From a virus, in IMG/VR virus record IMGVR_UViG_3300020045_003852, positions 16,015-80,014 of that record: a DNA stretch of 64,000 bases; one strand, 5' to 3'. This document shows positions 26,563-37,212 of this stretch, one piece after another. The notes beneath the pieces are model-generated. The model did not search any database. It worked only from the letters and a program-made list of their open reading frames with translations, and was not told where the DNA came from. The position numbers and the translations under genes are program-made. Numbering within the stretch: the stretch's first letter is position 1; every line of letters begins with the position of its first letter.

Positions 26563-29500
26563 TTATGCCCTTGCCAATAGTCCGCCCGGCCGCTGCTCGT
26601 TTGCTATGACTTCTTTGGCCTTGTGCGCGATTAGTAGACCGAGAGCTTTAGCACTTGTGCTGTCACTAGACTCCGTAGTTGAGGCTGAACTTCCATCGCC
26701 GTTCATGGTTATATTGACGGACACATTATTTTGTGTTCCACCTGTACCTGACGTTTCAACACCAAGATTACCATTTGCTGTGCGGGTAAGTGGCATTACT
26801 GCTTCAGGGCCTGCCTCGCCAATAACCCCGTTATTAAATGCTCCCCCGGAAGCAAATTTAATAGGTGTTGCACCACTGACCACGGAATTAGTAAAAGCAC
26901 TTCCTTTAGCAAACTTTGCAACGCTAGACCCTGTGAATGCATTACCTTTGGCAGACGCAAGGGGGGCACCAAACAAACTGCCTGCTTCAGCAGTTCCTGC
27001 CCCAGTCCCACTTGCTGTTCCGAATGAACCTAGTAGTCCTACAGCAGCCATAGCAACCTTCATCAAAGCAATCTTAGCCAACATTACAGCAATTTGCTTC
27101 AGCACAGAAACAGCCAAGTCTTTAAAACTTGATTTAGTTCCAGAGACAAAGTTTTCTAATGCAGATTCAACTGTGCTAAATACTGTCATAAAGCCGTTTT
27201 GAACTTGAGAGTTATATGTGCCGAGATTATCGCTATATTGCTTCGCTGAGACAGATAAATTCTCTGTCCAAGACAACTCTTTTTGTTGAAGCACAAGATT
27301 AGCGTTGATTAACTCTGCTTTAGTAGCATAGGCGTTTCGCGTGTATTCAATGCTGGCATTAAGATATGCTTCTTCTGCGGACCCGACCTTGATATTGTTA
27401 CGCTTCTTCTCAAGTTCAAGCAACTCCTTATTCATTGCAACTTCGTTGGAGTATAATGCTTGAGCAGCATTCTTCTCTTTAGTGGTCATTGAGATATATT
27501 TGGCCTCTTGGTCATACTGCTCATTGAGGTCTGCTATATCCTGTGCATTCTTTCTGGACACATCGCCATAAGATTCTGCTGCTTTAAGATTAGCTACAGT
27601 TTGCTTATTAATAATTTCAAGTGCTGCTGCCTGATCTTCCAATGCAGCATTCTCAGTTGCCTTATCTTTTGCTCCCCCGCTTACTTTGGGATCAGCAGCT
27701 TGAAGTCTCCACTTAGCAGCATTCTTAGCATGTTGACTTACTTTGTCATAGGCTAGACCAGATTCTTCAAGTGCCTTGGCTTCTTCTTTTAAGGCTTCAA
27801 TTGAACTGACAATTGAATTCTTTTCTAGCTCTCTCGCGTCAGTCTTATGCTGTGCCCTTTCTGATGAACGATCCGGGGATACTTTATATTTCTTCTCAAT
27901 AGCATTAAGTTTTTCCTTTTTTGCTATTTCATCCTCAGCTGTTGCTATGCCTGTCCGCACAAGAGATTGATATTCCGCCTCTACTTTTGCTATCTCTTTT
28001 TTCTTATTAATTTGCAATTTAGAGGAAGAGTCTATTGTTTTATCCCAGACTTCTCTAGCATTGTTCTTCGCTTTTTCGGCTGCGACTTCTTCGCCCCTCT
28101 TCTTAGCGGCATCACTTTCAGCAGCAGATTTATCTTCGATAGCTTTCTTCTGTGCCTTAAGACTATCAATACTTGTCTGAAGTCCTGACTTATCAGAAAT
28201 GCTAGAGTCAGATTGGCTAGCCTCCAACTTCTTAATTGCATCTGACAGAGACGCAATCTTTTGTGTGTCAGTATTAGTAGCAAGACCTCTAATAGATTCA
28301 ATAGCCCAATCAGCAGCATTCTTAATCTTTTTGAATAGCCACTCTACACCTTCTAAATTATCTTTGGCTTCTTTAGACATGGTATCAATGGCCTTTTTTA
28401 GAGTATCCGTAGCCAAGGCTGTAGCGCCTGCGGTATCCCCCTGTTCAGCCAATGCTTTTATGGCCTGCCTAGTGTTATATTCAAGAAAGTTATACGACTT
28501 GTTAAGTTTATCAAGAGTCTCAAGAGGCTTATCACGTAGGTCTGCAAAGTATCCAACAGCCTCAGATATTGATATGCCTGCTGCCTGACTCATTTTTGTT
28601 GTAGCAATACCAACTTCTTTAACTCTGTCCGCAGTGATTTCGCCATTCTTGGCAATCTCTGTCAATGCCGCGCTGGCTTTACTCTTAGATGCTCCAGTGG
28701 CAGCAATAGCATCACGCATATCATAAAAGCCTTGTGTTGACAGACCAAGAATACCGTTTGAAACTACATTGGCTTTGTTAAAGTCACCAAGTTCTTTAGT
28801 AACGGAATAAATTGTATACCCCATTGCAGCAATAGCGGCTGCTGCTAAAACAAGTGGGTTTTTAGCTAGACTGAGCAGGTATGAGCCAGCGGCTTTAATA
28901 GCCATGCCAACACCACCAAACATATCCTTCAACTGCCCACCTTGTTGCATTAGGATAAGCATTGGGTTTTGTCCACCTGCCAACTGCGTTGCAATATCTG
29001 TAAACTGTGCTGGAACCATTCTAAGGGCCGCATTATATGCCTTGGTAGACATAGTTGCGCCATTGGTGTTTGTTTCATATTGCTTAATTCTAGCAAGATG
29101 TGGAACCATACTATCAGATAGCCCCTGCTGCGCAGCGCGCAGAGTAAGGTATTCTGACTTAGTACGACCAGCCATCATTGCTGTACGCTCAATCTGCTGT
29201 GCAAGCCTCTGTTGGGCTTTAATCTCTGGCTCAACACTCGCGCTACGACTGCTACCAGAACCCCCTCCTGAGCCTCCTGTGGAGTTCCTAGCCATATTCC
29301 CGCTAAGACCCTTCATGCCTTCTAGTTCAGTACGCATTGCTCTTAGCTGTACAACATACGCAGCAACATCGGCTGTCTTAGCAGACAGCCTTTCCGTAGC
29401 ATTGGCAATATTAGTTAGATTAACAGACAATCCACCAATATTCTTAGCCATATCTGCCAAGCCACTCGTGCTGGCTTTAACATCTTTAATAGCTTGAGTT

Positions 29501-29682
29501 GTATCTTGCAAGTTTCCGCTTAACTTATCAAGATTAACATTCTTGAATGACCCTAGTGTAGAAGAAAGCCGCTCAAGGGGCTTTTGGGCACCCTCGGCGG
29601 CTTTTGCAAGACTGTCTAGATTTTTAGCTGTTGGGGCAATACCCTTCTGCTCCACAACAACGCTTAATTTCTTAACGTCCAT
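26563..29682 (-). CDS. tail tape measure protein
   Basis: AQFTDIATQLAGGQNP..LMQQGGQLKD; GEAGPEAVMPL; C-terminal RPGGLL. Confidence 0.95.
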   Translation of the reverse strand: MDVKKLSVVVEQKGIAPTAKNLDSLAKAAEGAQKPLERLSSTLGSFKNVNLDKLSGNLQDTTQAIKDVKASTSGLADMAKNIGGLSVNLTNIANATERLSAKTADVAAYVVQLRAMRTELEGMKGLSGNMARNSTGGSGGGSGSSRSASVEPEIKAQQRLAQQIERTAMMAGRTKSEYLTLRAAQQGLSDSMVPHLARIKQYETNTNGATMSTKAYNAALRMVPAQFTDIATQLAGGQNPMLILMQQGGQLKDMFGGVGMAIKAAGSYLLSLAKNPLVLAAAAIAAMGYTIYSVTKELGDFNKANVVSNGILGLSTQGFYDMRDAIAATGASKSKASAALTEIAKNGEITADRVKEVGIATTKMSQAAGISISEAVGYFADLRDKPLETLDKLNKSYNFLEYNTRQAIKALAEQGDTAGATALATDTLKKAIDTMSKEAKDNLEGVEWLFKKIKNAADWAIESIRGLATNTDTQKIASLSDAIKKLEASQSDSSISDKSGLQTSIDSLKAQKKAIEDKSAAESDAAKKRGEEVAAEKAKNNAREVWDKTIDSSSKLQINKKKEIAKVEAEYQSLVRTGIATAEDEIAKKEKLNAIEKKYKVSPDRSSERAQHKTDARELEKNSIVSSIEALKEEAKALEESGLAYDKVSQHAKNAAKWRLQAADPKVSGGAKDKATENAALEDQAAALEIINKQTVANLKAAESYGDVSRKNAQDIADLNEQYDQEAKYISMTTKEKNAAQALYSNEVAMNKELLELEKKRNNIKVGSAEEAYLNASIEYTRNAYATKAELINANLVLQQKELSWTENLSVSAKQYSDNLGTYNSQVQNGFMTVFSTVESALENFVSGTKSSFKDLAVSVLKQIAVMLAKIALMKVAMAAVGLLGSFGTASGTGAGTAEAGSLFGAPLASAKGNAFTGSSVAKFAKGSAFTNSVVSGATPIKFASGGAFNNGVIGEAGPEAVMPLTRTANGNLGVETSGTGGTQNNVSVNITMNGDGSSASTTESSDSTSAKALGLLIAHKAKEVIANEQRPGGLLARA

Positions 29683-29694
29683 TGTGATTCCTTA

Positions 29695-30057
29695 TTATTG
29701 TTGTTTCTTTGCTTGCACCTTCAACCAAACATTGTCTAGCATATCAATAATATCTAACCAAAGTTGTGTTGGCTTGGTGTCGGTGAGCCTTGCCCAAGCA
29801 TCAATCTCTAGGAACGTTATAGGATTATCTCCTGCTTCTCCTCTCGTTCTCTTCTTATTTATCTCTAGGAAATCATCCCAATAACTTGACAACTCGTATG
29901 GAAATGCTAAGTCATAATATTGTTGTAGTTCAGGGGGAATATTACCAGTTGCTTCTTGTACCTTCTTTAAATGTGGGAGAAGGGCTACGCCTTTTTTATT
30001 CGGCAAGAGGAAATTAAATGTCTCCTCTGCATAAAGACGTAGCTCAATTAGTTTCCC
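29695..30057 (-). CDS. tail assembly chaperone, -1 frameshift extension (gpT-like)
   Basis: The -1 frame from the slippery site reads open into the 29695..30006 ORF; NPITFLEIDAWARLT. Confidence 0.8.
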   Translation of the reverse strand, partial: GKLIELRLYAEETFNFLLPNKKGVALLPHLKKVQEATGNIPPELQQYYDLAFPYELSSYWDDFLEINKKRTRGEAGDNPITFLEIDAWARLTDTKPTQLWLDIIDMLDNVWLKVQAKKQQ

Positions 30058-30434
30058 TCAAGCATTCCTTTAAGATCATGCATCGCCGAGAGTACCTGGT
30101 TGCGAAGAAATGGGTAATCTGTATACATACGAACAGCATTATCATAAGAGAATTCTACCGGCTTACCATCTTCTTCAATGTTCTTCCAGCCCTTTGTACA
30201 CTTAGCAAGCATTTCAATATAGAGTTCGTTACTGTGATCCTCATCCATCTTCTTGCCACGCTTCTCAAAGATTGCCATTTGGTTATCAATCTTTTGTTGT
30301 GCTTGCTTATGTACTCGTGAGCCAACACCCAGCACATCCACAGATGCATCTTGTTCCACATCATCGAAATCTTTCAGAATATACGTGAAGCCTTTTTCCG
30401 CTGCGGCGATCGTGTCATATTTCTTGAAGTCCAT
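30048..30434 (-). CDS. tail assembly chaperone (gpG-like)
   Basis: Between tube and TMP; GWKNIEEDGKPVEFS. Confidence 0.85.
   Translation of the reverse strand: MDFKKYDTIAAAEKGFTYILKDFDDVEQDASVDVLGVGSRVHKQAQQKIDNQMAIFEKRGKKMDEDHSNELYIEMLAKCTKGWKNIEEDGKPVEFSYDNAVRMYTDYPFLRNQVLSAMHDLKGMLEGN
30051..30057 (-). other. programmed -1 frameshift heptamer G GGA AAC
   Basis: XXXYYYZ motif immediately before the chaperone stop codon. Confidence 0.8.
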
Positions 30435-30482
30435 ATTATCTCCTTATAACAGGGAAGGAATAATTCCTTCCCTTCTTAAACA

Positions 30483-31679
30483 TTAAGCTGCCATTGAATC
30501 CATAATGACAACAGTTGATTGTTCCATCGCAAGATTAGTGCCATCACTAAGCAGGGCAGTGAATGGAACAGTCTGAATTAGACCTCCCACTTCTTTGTCA
30601 TCCGGCGCTGCCCCGCCAATCTTAATCTTAGGGAACTTAATTACCATTGTCTGACCACTATCCCCAACAAACTTATAAACTAGTGAAATAGCTGTTTCAT
30701 TGTAGAACTTGTTGAATACTGTATCATCTTGGAAATAGACAGTGAATTCACCAGTACACTTAATACGACCAAGGAAGATAGCAGCAGGATTACGCTGACC
30801 AATAACAGTACCTGCTTCGTTATCACCTGTAATCTCAAAATTCAGGCCAGTAACAACGGCTTGTGGAACTCCATCGATAAGCAGCATTCCAGCATTACCT
30901 GAGAAGATGCTAGTTGTGCTCGCAGCCGTAGGAGTAGTGAAATAAGCAGTTCCTGTTGAGGCAATGTTCTTGCCCATCAAACCAAACTCAACAGTCGTCA
31001 TTGCATTAGGAGCAATAGTTACTGAAGCACTACCAATCTTAACGCCAGTAGCAAGGCGGCTAACAGCGATATTATCGTAGAACTGTTCAATCGTGTATGA
31101 CTCATCTGTACGCGAAGCAGGAAGCAGGGGGACAATCAATTTCTTGCCTGCTTGGGCCACTGTGACACTATCCCCAGCAGCCTTAGTGACCAATGTGACA
31201 CTAGTAGGATCAAGGGTCATTACTGTGGCTGTAAGAGCAGTGATAATAGCTGAAGTGTTGTTCGCTGTAGCAGGAGCAGTGAAGCCGCTAATATTAACCA
31301 AATCACCAATCTTAAACCCAAGAGTGATCCAGCTAAGGGTGCTACGAGTAAGAGTGTTACCACTAGCAGCAGAGGCAACAGTTGTAGCCGTATCAGTAAC
31401 AGCGGTAGTCCAAGCGCCACGGAGCAGGCTGGCGAAGAAAGGACTGTAGCTGCCAGGGGACAATTCACCACTAAGAGTACCTTCTACTTTGTCACTACCA
31501 AGACGCATATCTGAAGTCTGAGCAGTAGAACTAATTTCAGCACTCTCAAAACTGTCTCGGGAAAGGTCAAGGTCAAGGGTTACTCGACGCAGATATTTAC
31601 CAGAGTTTGTGGCAGGAGCAGTTCCCCACGAACTTTCGCGGGAAAAAATTACTTGTTTGTTGACTCCGCTTGTTAGCAT
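30483..31679 (-). CDS. major tail tube protein
   Basis: ESSWG..P, LRRVT, SAEI, GTLSGELS; synteny. Confidence 0.88.
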   Translation of the reverse strand: MLTSGVNKQVIFSRESSWGTAPATNSGKYLRRVTLDLDLSRDSFESAEISSTAQTSDMRLGSDKVEGTLSGELSPGSYSPFFASLLRGAWTTAVTDTATTVASAASGNTLTRSTLSWITLGFKIGDLVNISGFTAPATANNTSAIITALTATVMTLDPTSVTLVTKAAGDSVTVAQAGKKLIVPLLPASRTDESYTIEQFYDNIAVSRLATGVKIGSASVTIAPNAMTTVEFGLMGKNIASTGTAYFTTPTAASTTSIFSGNAGMLLIDGVPQAVVTGLNFEITGDNEAGTVIGQRNPAAIFLGRIKCTGEFTVYFQDDTVFNKFYNETAISLVYKFVGDSGQTMVIKFPKIKIGGAAPDDKEVGGLIQTVPFTALLSDGTNLAMEQSTVVIMDSMAA

Positions 31680-31713
31680 GTTCTATTTCCTTATTATTTA
31701 TTGTTATACAGCA

Positions 31714-31742
31714 ATTATACCACAACATTTAACAATTGTCAA
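31714..31742 (-). promoter_or_regulatory. sigma70 consensus promoter for the tail tube gene
   Basis: TTGACA-17-TATAAT with TG extension. Confidence 0.85.
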
Positions 31743-31769
31743 TGTTGCAAGAGGATTTATTAAGATAAA

Positions 31770-32186
31770 CTAGGCAGAGATAGAATCTGCCATGTAAGGG
31801 ATATCAATTGCTACATATAAGAAGTTCCCCTCGTATCCCGGAGCAGATACACTTGCTGTATTCAGAATCCTAGTTGTAAGTGTTCCATTAACAATTTGCA
31901 GTGTTCTTGGGAAATATTTAACTAGGTCATCTACAAATAATTCAACAGCATTCATTCCGACATTTAATGCCGTGGTATAATACGTTACACGAAACAATCC
32001 AGCGTAACGATCATGTTTATTCCCGAATGAAGGATTCTGTGTTGGGGCAGGAAATAGGAATGCTTTAAGATAATCTACTGTTGGAATATTCTTAACATTT
32101 TCCCAAACAATGGGGATATTACCTTTTGTTGCAGCGAATGCTGCAAGTCTTGTAGATAATGCGCTACGTACATTTAGTTGTGACAT
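31770..32186 (-). CDS. tail terminator / completion protein
   Basis: IVWENV, GLFRV, FP; synteny. Confidence 0.75.
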   Translation of the reverse strand: MSQLNVRSALSTRLAAFAATKGNIPIVWENVKNIPTVDYLKAFLFPAPTQNPSFGNKHDRYAGLFRVTYYTTALNVGMNAVELFVDDLVKYFPRTLQIVNGTLTTRILNTASVSAPGYEGNFLYVAIDIPYMADSISA

Positions 32187-32614
32187 TAAACAATTCCTCC
32201 AGCAATCATTCCTAGTGTTTGTCCGACAGGAGCAAAACCATTTCCAATTTTAGTGAGTGTCTTAGCAACAGGAGCATATGCAATAGTTTTAGCCCAACCA
32301 GTGTATTCAACATTAGAGGTGTAGGATAGATTATTGACTAGATACACACGGTCATACTTTAGGAAATAATCTGCGGTGATTGTGGCGTTAATCTCCGCAA
32401 TTTTTGCGTCCCAATTCATTGTCGACATTGTGGAGTAATTTACGTCAGTTGGTCCAACGTGCCAGTTGGCGATGAATTTTCCGCTGCTATAAGGTGATCT
32501 ATCGACCACCATAGTGAAGATTGTTCTAGCCACTTGGGCTGTTTCTACTGCAACCTCTTGCTTAGTTTCATTACACCAATCAGATATACCTAATGCAAAG
32601 TTATATCTCGCCAT
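32186..32614 (-). CDS. neck / tail completion protein (HK97 gp10-like)
   Basis: RSPYSSGKFIANW, NNLSY..VEY.GW. Confidence 0.75.
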   Translation of the reverse strand: MARYNFALGISDWCNETKQEVAVETAQVARTIFTMVVDRSPYSSGKFIANWHVGPTDVNYSTMSTMNWDAKIAEINATITADYFLKYDRVYLVNNLSYTSNVEYTGWAKTIAYAPVAKTLTKIGNGFAPVGQTLGMIAGGIV

Positions 32615-32616
32615 GG

Positions 32617-33009
32617 CTATTTACGCAGAAGAAGGTCATACATAATTGTATAACTGGAACTCGGATTGTATTCCTTAACATTTAAAATACGGTATGTTTG
32701 CCCTGCTACAGTAATTGTATCCCCTGCTGGCGATGGCTTAGTGGCAAGGTCAACTCCGTTAGTTTTGGCATCCATGTAACATTGTTTATCTCCTTGCTGG
32801 ATCAGTGTATTCTCATTAACGGATAATCCATTCTGCGAAGCAGAGTAATCTAGGAGGACTACTTTAACGGGTGTTGTGACCGACACCGTAGGCGTGTAGG
32901 ACGATGTAGAGGGATCATAGACACCCGATGTAGCCAATTGAGTTAACGTGGCTGTGGTGCCCTCGCGTACGAGGATTCCGTAAACCATTCTATAGAGACT
33001 GGAAAGCAT
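32617..33009 (-). CDS. head closure / head-tail joining protein
   Basis: GVYDP, LIQQGDK; synteny. Confidence 0.7.
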   Translation of the reverse strand: MLSSLYRMVYGILVREGTTATLTQLATSGVYDPSTSSYTPTVSVTTPVKVVLLDYSASQNGLSVNENTLIQQGDKQCYMDAKTNGVDLATKPSPAGDTITVAGQTYRILNVKEYNPSSSYTIMYDLLLRK

Positions 33010-33018
33010 TATGTCTCC

Positions 33019-33483
33019 TTAGTAATTACTAAAGTAATCGTAGCCATCTTTCTCTACGTCGGGGACACGGTAAAGGTTTAGGTCGGAATCGTCGTATGAC
33101 CCGGCAGGGTAGTTAATGATGCGTTTTTGTACAAGGGTAGAATCTTGTAGGTTGGCTTGTACGTCTGCTAAGTTCATTCCTCCGACATAGACGCCTGCTG
33201 AGGCATTTAGTGTTGCATTGTTTATTACCTCTTTCAAAAACTTTAGGTAGTTATTGTAAACTTCTGACCCATAAAATTCCAATTTGTCAAGGCGCTCCCT
33301 ACCAGAAAATGCCATTCGTGCAAGAATATACATTGCACTTTGCTTTGTTGCTGCAACAACATTTCCTGCGTTAGCATCCAAGGCAAATTGAATTTCTGTA
33401 TCAGAAAGCCACTCTATATCTGACGTATCCCCTATGTTTAAACGTACAACGTCCGCAGGGTCATTCAAGTCTAATGTAGCCAT
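33019..33483 (-). CDS. head-tail adaptor
   Basis: VRLNIGDT...LSDTEI. Confidence 0.75.
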   Translation of the reverse strand: MATLDLNDPADVVRLNIGDTSDIEWLSDTEIQFALDANAGNVVAATKQSAMYILARMAFSGRERLDKLEFYGSEVYNNYLKFLKEVINNATLNASAGVYVGGMNLADVQANLQDSTLVQKRIINYPAGSYDDSDLNLYRVPDVEKDGYDYFSNY

Positions 33484-35057
33484 GTGGCTCCTTTGTTATT
33501 TTCTATGTATTGTTGTACGAATTCTACGACTTCGTGATATGGGGCAATTGTGGATTCTGTTTTGAAGCCAACAATATGTGATGTATTAGCATCAAGAGGA
33601 AATGTTTCTTTCAGAACCTTTTCAAGTTGTTGAATAAACTTTCCGTCTAGTTTTTCTGTTGTGAAGGAATCAACAATGCTATATCCTTCACGATTTAAGT
33701 TCTTTGTGTGACTTCTTAACCGTTGGTCAGAGTTTCTAGTTATCCCGTATCCTGTGAAAGTGTGGTAGATACCATCAATTTTGTGAAGATACAATACAGC
33801 AGGTTTTCCGTGATTAAACCCATAGTCGGCGCAACTTGGACAAGAATGGCCTTGAAGCAACGATCCTGGATTTGTGTGAAACCTGTTATTACAAACTTTG
33901 CAGAGCAAGAGTACAGGAGTCTTACTTCCTTTGTACTCTGTCTCAGAAAAATCAAAGATATTACCGTGAACACTTATGACCTCTTCGATAAAGGACTCTG
34001 TAGTCTTATATCTACCAACACAACATCCTCCACGAACCCCTGATAAATGGGAGTGAATATCTTGCTCAAAAATACCGTGGCAGGGGCAGATGATCTTTGC
34101 TTTTGTGTTTTCTCTACTTCCCGACAAATCCACTAAAGAATAGTCGTAATACCCATTAAAAATTTCATTTGATCGTGAAATAAATTCTTCGGTAGTAATT
34201 TTAAGCGGGTGATTATTTATTTTGTGTTCGGTAAGGCATTTCGGGCAACCGACAGAGTTGTAGTGTAAGCTCGGCGTCTGCTCAAACCAAATTCTGTGCT
34301 TATTACAAAATAGTGTGACTTTTTCGTTTGCACCCTTATATTCTACTTTAGAATAATCAAAGGCTCCTGCTCCATGTATTTCTTGCGACTTGTTTATGAA
34401 GTATTCTGTGTCCTTCAGTGTTTTTGACACAAATTCACTCTGGCACTTTTCGCAACCAACCCTTCCAGATAAATGAAGATTTGGAGTTTGGTAGAAAAAC
34501 TTATTGTGTTCTTTACAACGAATTCTTACCTTTACTCCGCTACCTCTGTAGTCCACCTCAGAGTACTCAAACCTGTTCCCAAAGACACCAGTAGCTTTCT
34601 CTTCAAAAGATTCTTTCGTATCCCTAAACCTCTCTGAAACTTTGTCCTTCCCGCACTGCTTACACCCCTTTCCAGCCAAGTGGTTTGCCGGGGATTGTAG
34701 AAAGTCTACCTCATGCGTGAGGCAGTGTATCAACACCTTCTCATGGTATGATTTATACACCACCAAAGAGTAGTCAAAATTTCCTTCCCCTTGCACAGAG
34801 ATAGCTTCAGAGATGAATTCCTCCCTCGTTTTCCGTTGTGAATTATTCCTCTTGACAACTCCACACCTTGGGCAACCTTGGCCGTTGTTTGCATGTTCAA
34901 AGGCTATTTGATAAAAGGTCTTTTGGCACGTATTGCAAAATATTTCGACCTTTCCTTTAGCAGTTTTATAGACTGTGTTTGAGTAGTCGTATTTATCTGT
35001 TCCGTGCGTTGCGATACAGCGAACAATATATTCTTCTGTTGTAATCTTTTTGGACAT
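33471..35057 (-). CDS. free-standing homing endonuclease-like protein with ~6 zinc-ribbon (DUF723-like) repeats and a C-terminal GIY-YIG-like domain
   Basis: Repeated HG.YDYS.V.Y...V.I.C..H..F.Q.P..H..G.GCxxC; C-terminal LYLH...GYGIT..SDQRL. Confidence 0.8.
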   Translation of the reverse strand: MSKKITTEEYIVRCIATHGTDKYDYSNTVYKTAKGKVEIFCNTCQKTFYQIAFEHANNGQGCPRCGVVKRNNSQRKTREEFISEAISVQGEGNFDYSLVVYKSYHEKVLIHCLTHEVDFLQSPANHLAGKGCKQCGKDKVSERFRDTKESFEEKATGVFGNRFEYSEVDYRGSGVKVRIRCKEHNKFFYQTPNLHLSGRVGCEKCQSEFVSKTLKDTEYFINKSQEIHGAGAFDYSKVEYKGANEKVTLFCNKHRIWFEQTPSLHYNSVGCPKCLTEHKINNHPLKITTEEFISRSNEIFNGYYDYSLVDLSGSRENTKAKIICPCHGIFEQDIHSHLSGVRGGCCVGRYKTTESFIEEVISVHGNIFDFSETEYKGSKTPVLLLCKVCNNRFHTNPGSLLQGHSCPSCADYGFNHGKPAVLYLHKIDGIYHTFTGYGITRNSDQRLRSHTKNLNREGYSIVDSFTTEKLDGKFIQQLEKVLKETFPLDANTSHIVGFKTESTIAPYHEVVEFVQQYIENNKGATWLH

Positions 35058-35127
35058 AGTACCTCTGTAAAGGTGGTGGGCTAGATGGTGTTACAGCACC
35101 ATCAACGGAGCTACCGCTTTCACCCAA
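35058..35127 (-). promoter_or_regulatory. structured 5' leader RNA (kissing loop over the SD), copy A
   Basis: Same architecture, with compensatory changes, as 51528..51599. Confidence 0.7.
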
Positions 35128-35154
35128 AGTTTGAATTCTTTAATAAGATCACTC

Positions 35155-35183
35155 ATTATATCACAAACAAATGATCTTGTAAA
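35155..35183 (-). promoter_or_regulatory. sigma70-like promoter
   Basis: TTTACA-17-TATAAT. Confidence 0.7.
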
Positions 35184-35205
35184 GAAGGCTAGATTTCTCT
35201 AGCCT
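35183..35205 (-). terminator. terminator after the major capsid gene
   Basis: AGGCTAGA-GAAA-TCTAGCCT followed by TCTTT. Confidence 0.75.
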
Positions 35206-35216
35206 GTGCCACTAGA

Positions 35217-36227
35217 TTACGGCGTATAGCCACGGATAACCATGGCAGGTTTTACAACACTGTTCAAGAAGTTGGCTTCTGATTCAAGAATTACCTTATC
35301 ACCACGCTCACTTTGATATTCGAAAACATAAGTTCTCTCGCCTACGCTACCAAGCAAGTCAAATTTATTGGCCGGAGCGAAATAGGTTTTAAAGATTTCA
35401 GTGCCAACGGGGACAAAAACAGCATCCTTAGCGGGGATGAAAAGATTACCAGCGTAGTTGCCACGGACTTCAACAAAATGGATACCAGCATAATCAAATG
35501 TGCGGTACATAGTGCTGTTGCCACCAAGACGATTCCGAAGCGGCTCAGAGGTTGAGGCATAGTACGTATAAGCAGCCTTAACATTAGGATGCGAAATTAG
35601 GGCAGAGAAGAAGCCCGGCGAGCAATAGCCAATCACACTTTGAACATTCTCACCATTAGCGTTATCCTGGATTGATGCAATAACGGATTCAACCTTGGCA
35701 ACAACATCGGTGGTGCTAGTAGAAAAATCAAAATTGACGACGCTCTGTGTCACATTCAGTTCAGTAAAATAATTCATACTGACAGTTCCCGAAGGTGCGT
35801 ATACGTTTCCGGTTGTCAGGAGATTAAAACGAGCATACTCAAGAGTCCATGCGTGGTTCTGTGCAATACGGGCCAACTTACGGGCGCGCACAGCGGCGAG
35901 AGTTTCTTCTTGATCGGCACTACCGTAAGCTCGTTTTCCTTTTACATCAGAAGGACTAATATAATCGTCATAGGGGAAATGTGGGACAGCCCAGCTAAAC
36001 AACTTGCTAGTCGAGTCCTTACCAGCGCTGGCGCGTTCGCCACGAACCTTATCAACGATCAAAGCACCGTCACGAGTAGTCTGTTCGAATTGGACAGAAT
36101 ACTCAGAAACACCTTCGTCCATGAAAAGACCAGATTGGTTAAGCAGGCCCCACTGGTTCGGAATCATGAGGACTTCGCCCGTGTAGTCGGCTACTTCGAA
36201 GTTACTGCCAAATTTACGAATAATCAT
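35217..36227 (-). CDS. major capsid protein (lambda E-like)
   Basis: IPNQWG, VPHFPYDD.I, TLEYARF; synteny. Confidence 0.9.
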   Translation of the reverse strand: MIIRKFGSNFEVADYTGEVLMIPNQWGLLNQSGLFMDEGVSEYSVQFEQTTRDGALIVDKVRGERASAGKDSTSKLFSWAVPHFPYDDYISPSDVKGKRAYGSADQEETLAAVRARKLARIAQNHAWTLEYARFNLLTTGNVYAPSGTVSMNYFTELNVTQSVVNFDFSTSTTDVVAKVESVIASIQDNANGENVQSVIGYCSPGFFSALISHPNVKAAYTYYASTSEPLRNRLGGNSTMYRTFDYAGIHFVEVRGNYAGNLFIPAKDAVFVPVGTEIFKTYFAPANKFDLLGSVGERTYVFEYQSERGDKVILESEANFLNSVVKPAMVIRGYTP

Positions 36228-36257
36228 TTGTTATATTCCTTATCTTATTATTTTATA

Positions 36258-36677
36258 TTAAAGCGCAGTAACGGTAACAATACCCTTGAGTGCAAGAGCG
36301 TCGTAGACAGCTTGCTTCTCTGCATCAGTATCAGTTGCAGCAGCCATGACCAACTTACCAACAACGACCTTAGCAGGACCGCGTGCAAGCATCAATACCT
36401 TAGTATCTGTCGTAGTGGCACAAACAACGCTAGGGGTAAGTTCATCAGCGCCGATCAGAACACCAGCGGCTTCAAGGCCAGCACCTGAAGCGAGAGCAGC
36501 AGATTGAACTAGATACTTACCAGTCGCTGTGACCTTTGCAAGAACAGTGCCTTGAACAAGAGTAGCGCCTGCGGCGAGATTAACAGTAACAACCTCACGA
36601 GTGATACCACTTGAAGGCTCATATTCGTCTTGGAATACTTGCGAGAAGATTTCTGGACGAGTAGCAATAACAGTCAT
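36258..36677 (-). CDS. head decoration protein
   Basis: GTVLAKVTATGKY, ARGP, LALKGI. Confidence 0.8.
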   Translation of the reverse strand: MTVIATRPEIFSQVFQDEYEPSSGITREVVTVNLAAGATLVQGTVLAKVTATGKYLVQSAALASGAGLEAAGVLIGADELTPSVVCATTTDTKVLMLARGPAKVVVGKLVMAAATDTDAEKQAVYDALALKGIVTVTAL

Positions 36678-36691
36678 TTGTATTTCCTTTA

Positions 36692-37210
36692 TTATTTATT
36701 GTAAGTTTGTTTGATGATACGTGCAGTTTCAGATTCTTCTTCTGCCTTAACTTCGGCTTCGCCGCTTACTCCAACTTCGTTAAACAGAGCACTCTCAGCC
36801 TCAGCCTTAAACGAAGCCTTAAAGCCATTAAGCACAACCCCAAATGCTTCAGCATTAAGTTCTTGCAGAGCAGCAAATGTCGTATCGAAGCCAGGATTAT
36901 CTTGCCCAATGACATCTGCCAATTGAGCCTTCTTGTCAGCCAATTCCTTAGCCTTCAATTCTTCAGCAGCAGCAACAGCTTCAGCCTTTGCTTTATCTGC
37001 ATATTCTTGAAGGCTTGCCAATTGTTCCTTGTAGCCGTCAATTTCCTTTGCCATATTGGCAAGATTAGCATTGCTTGCAGTTAGTTCGCCAAGAGCAACA
37101 TTAAGTTGTTCAGCTAGATTAAGATTAGTCAAATCTTGACTCGCTTCAATAGGAGTAACAACCCCCTTGTTTTCTTGCATACCTACAGCCTTCTTCAACG
37201 CATCAAGCAT
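36692..37210 (-). CDS. capsid scaffolding protein
   Basis: Ala/Glu-rich coiled coil between protease and capsid genes. Confidence 0.7.
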   Translation of the reverse strand: MLDALKKAVGMQENKGVVTPIEASQDLTNLNLAEQLNVALGELTASNANLANMAKEIDGYKEQLASLQEYADKAKAEAVAAAEELKAKELADKKAQLADVIGQDNPGFDTTFAALQELNAEAFGVVLNGFKASFKAEAESALFNEVGVSGEAEVKAEEESETARIIKQTYNK

Positions 37211-37212
37211 TG

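Noticed and set aside
26501-29497. Long + strand ORFs opposite the tape measure and other structural genes
   Set aside because: They are antisense shadows of well-supported - strand genes.
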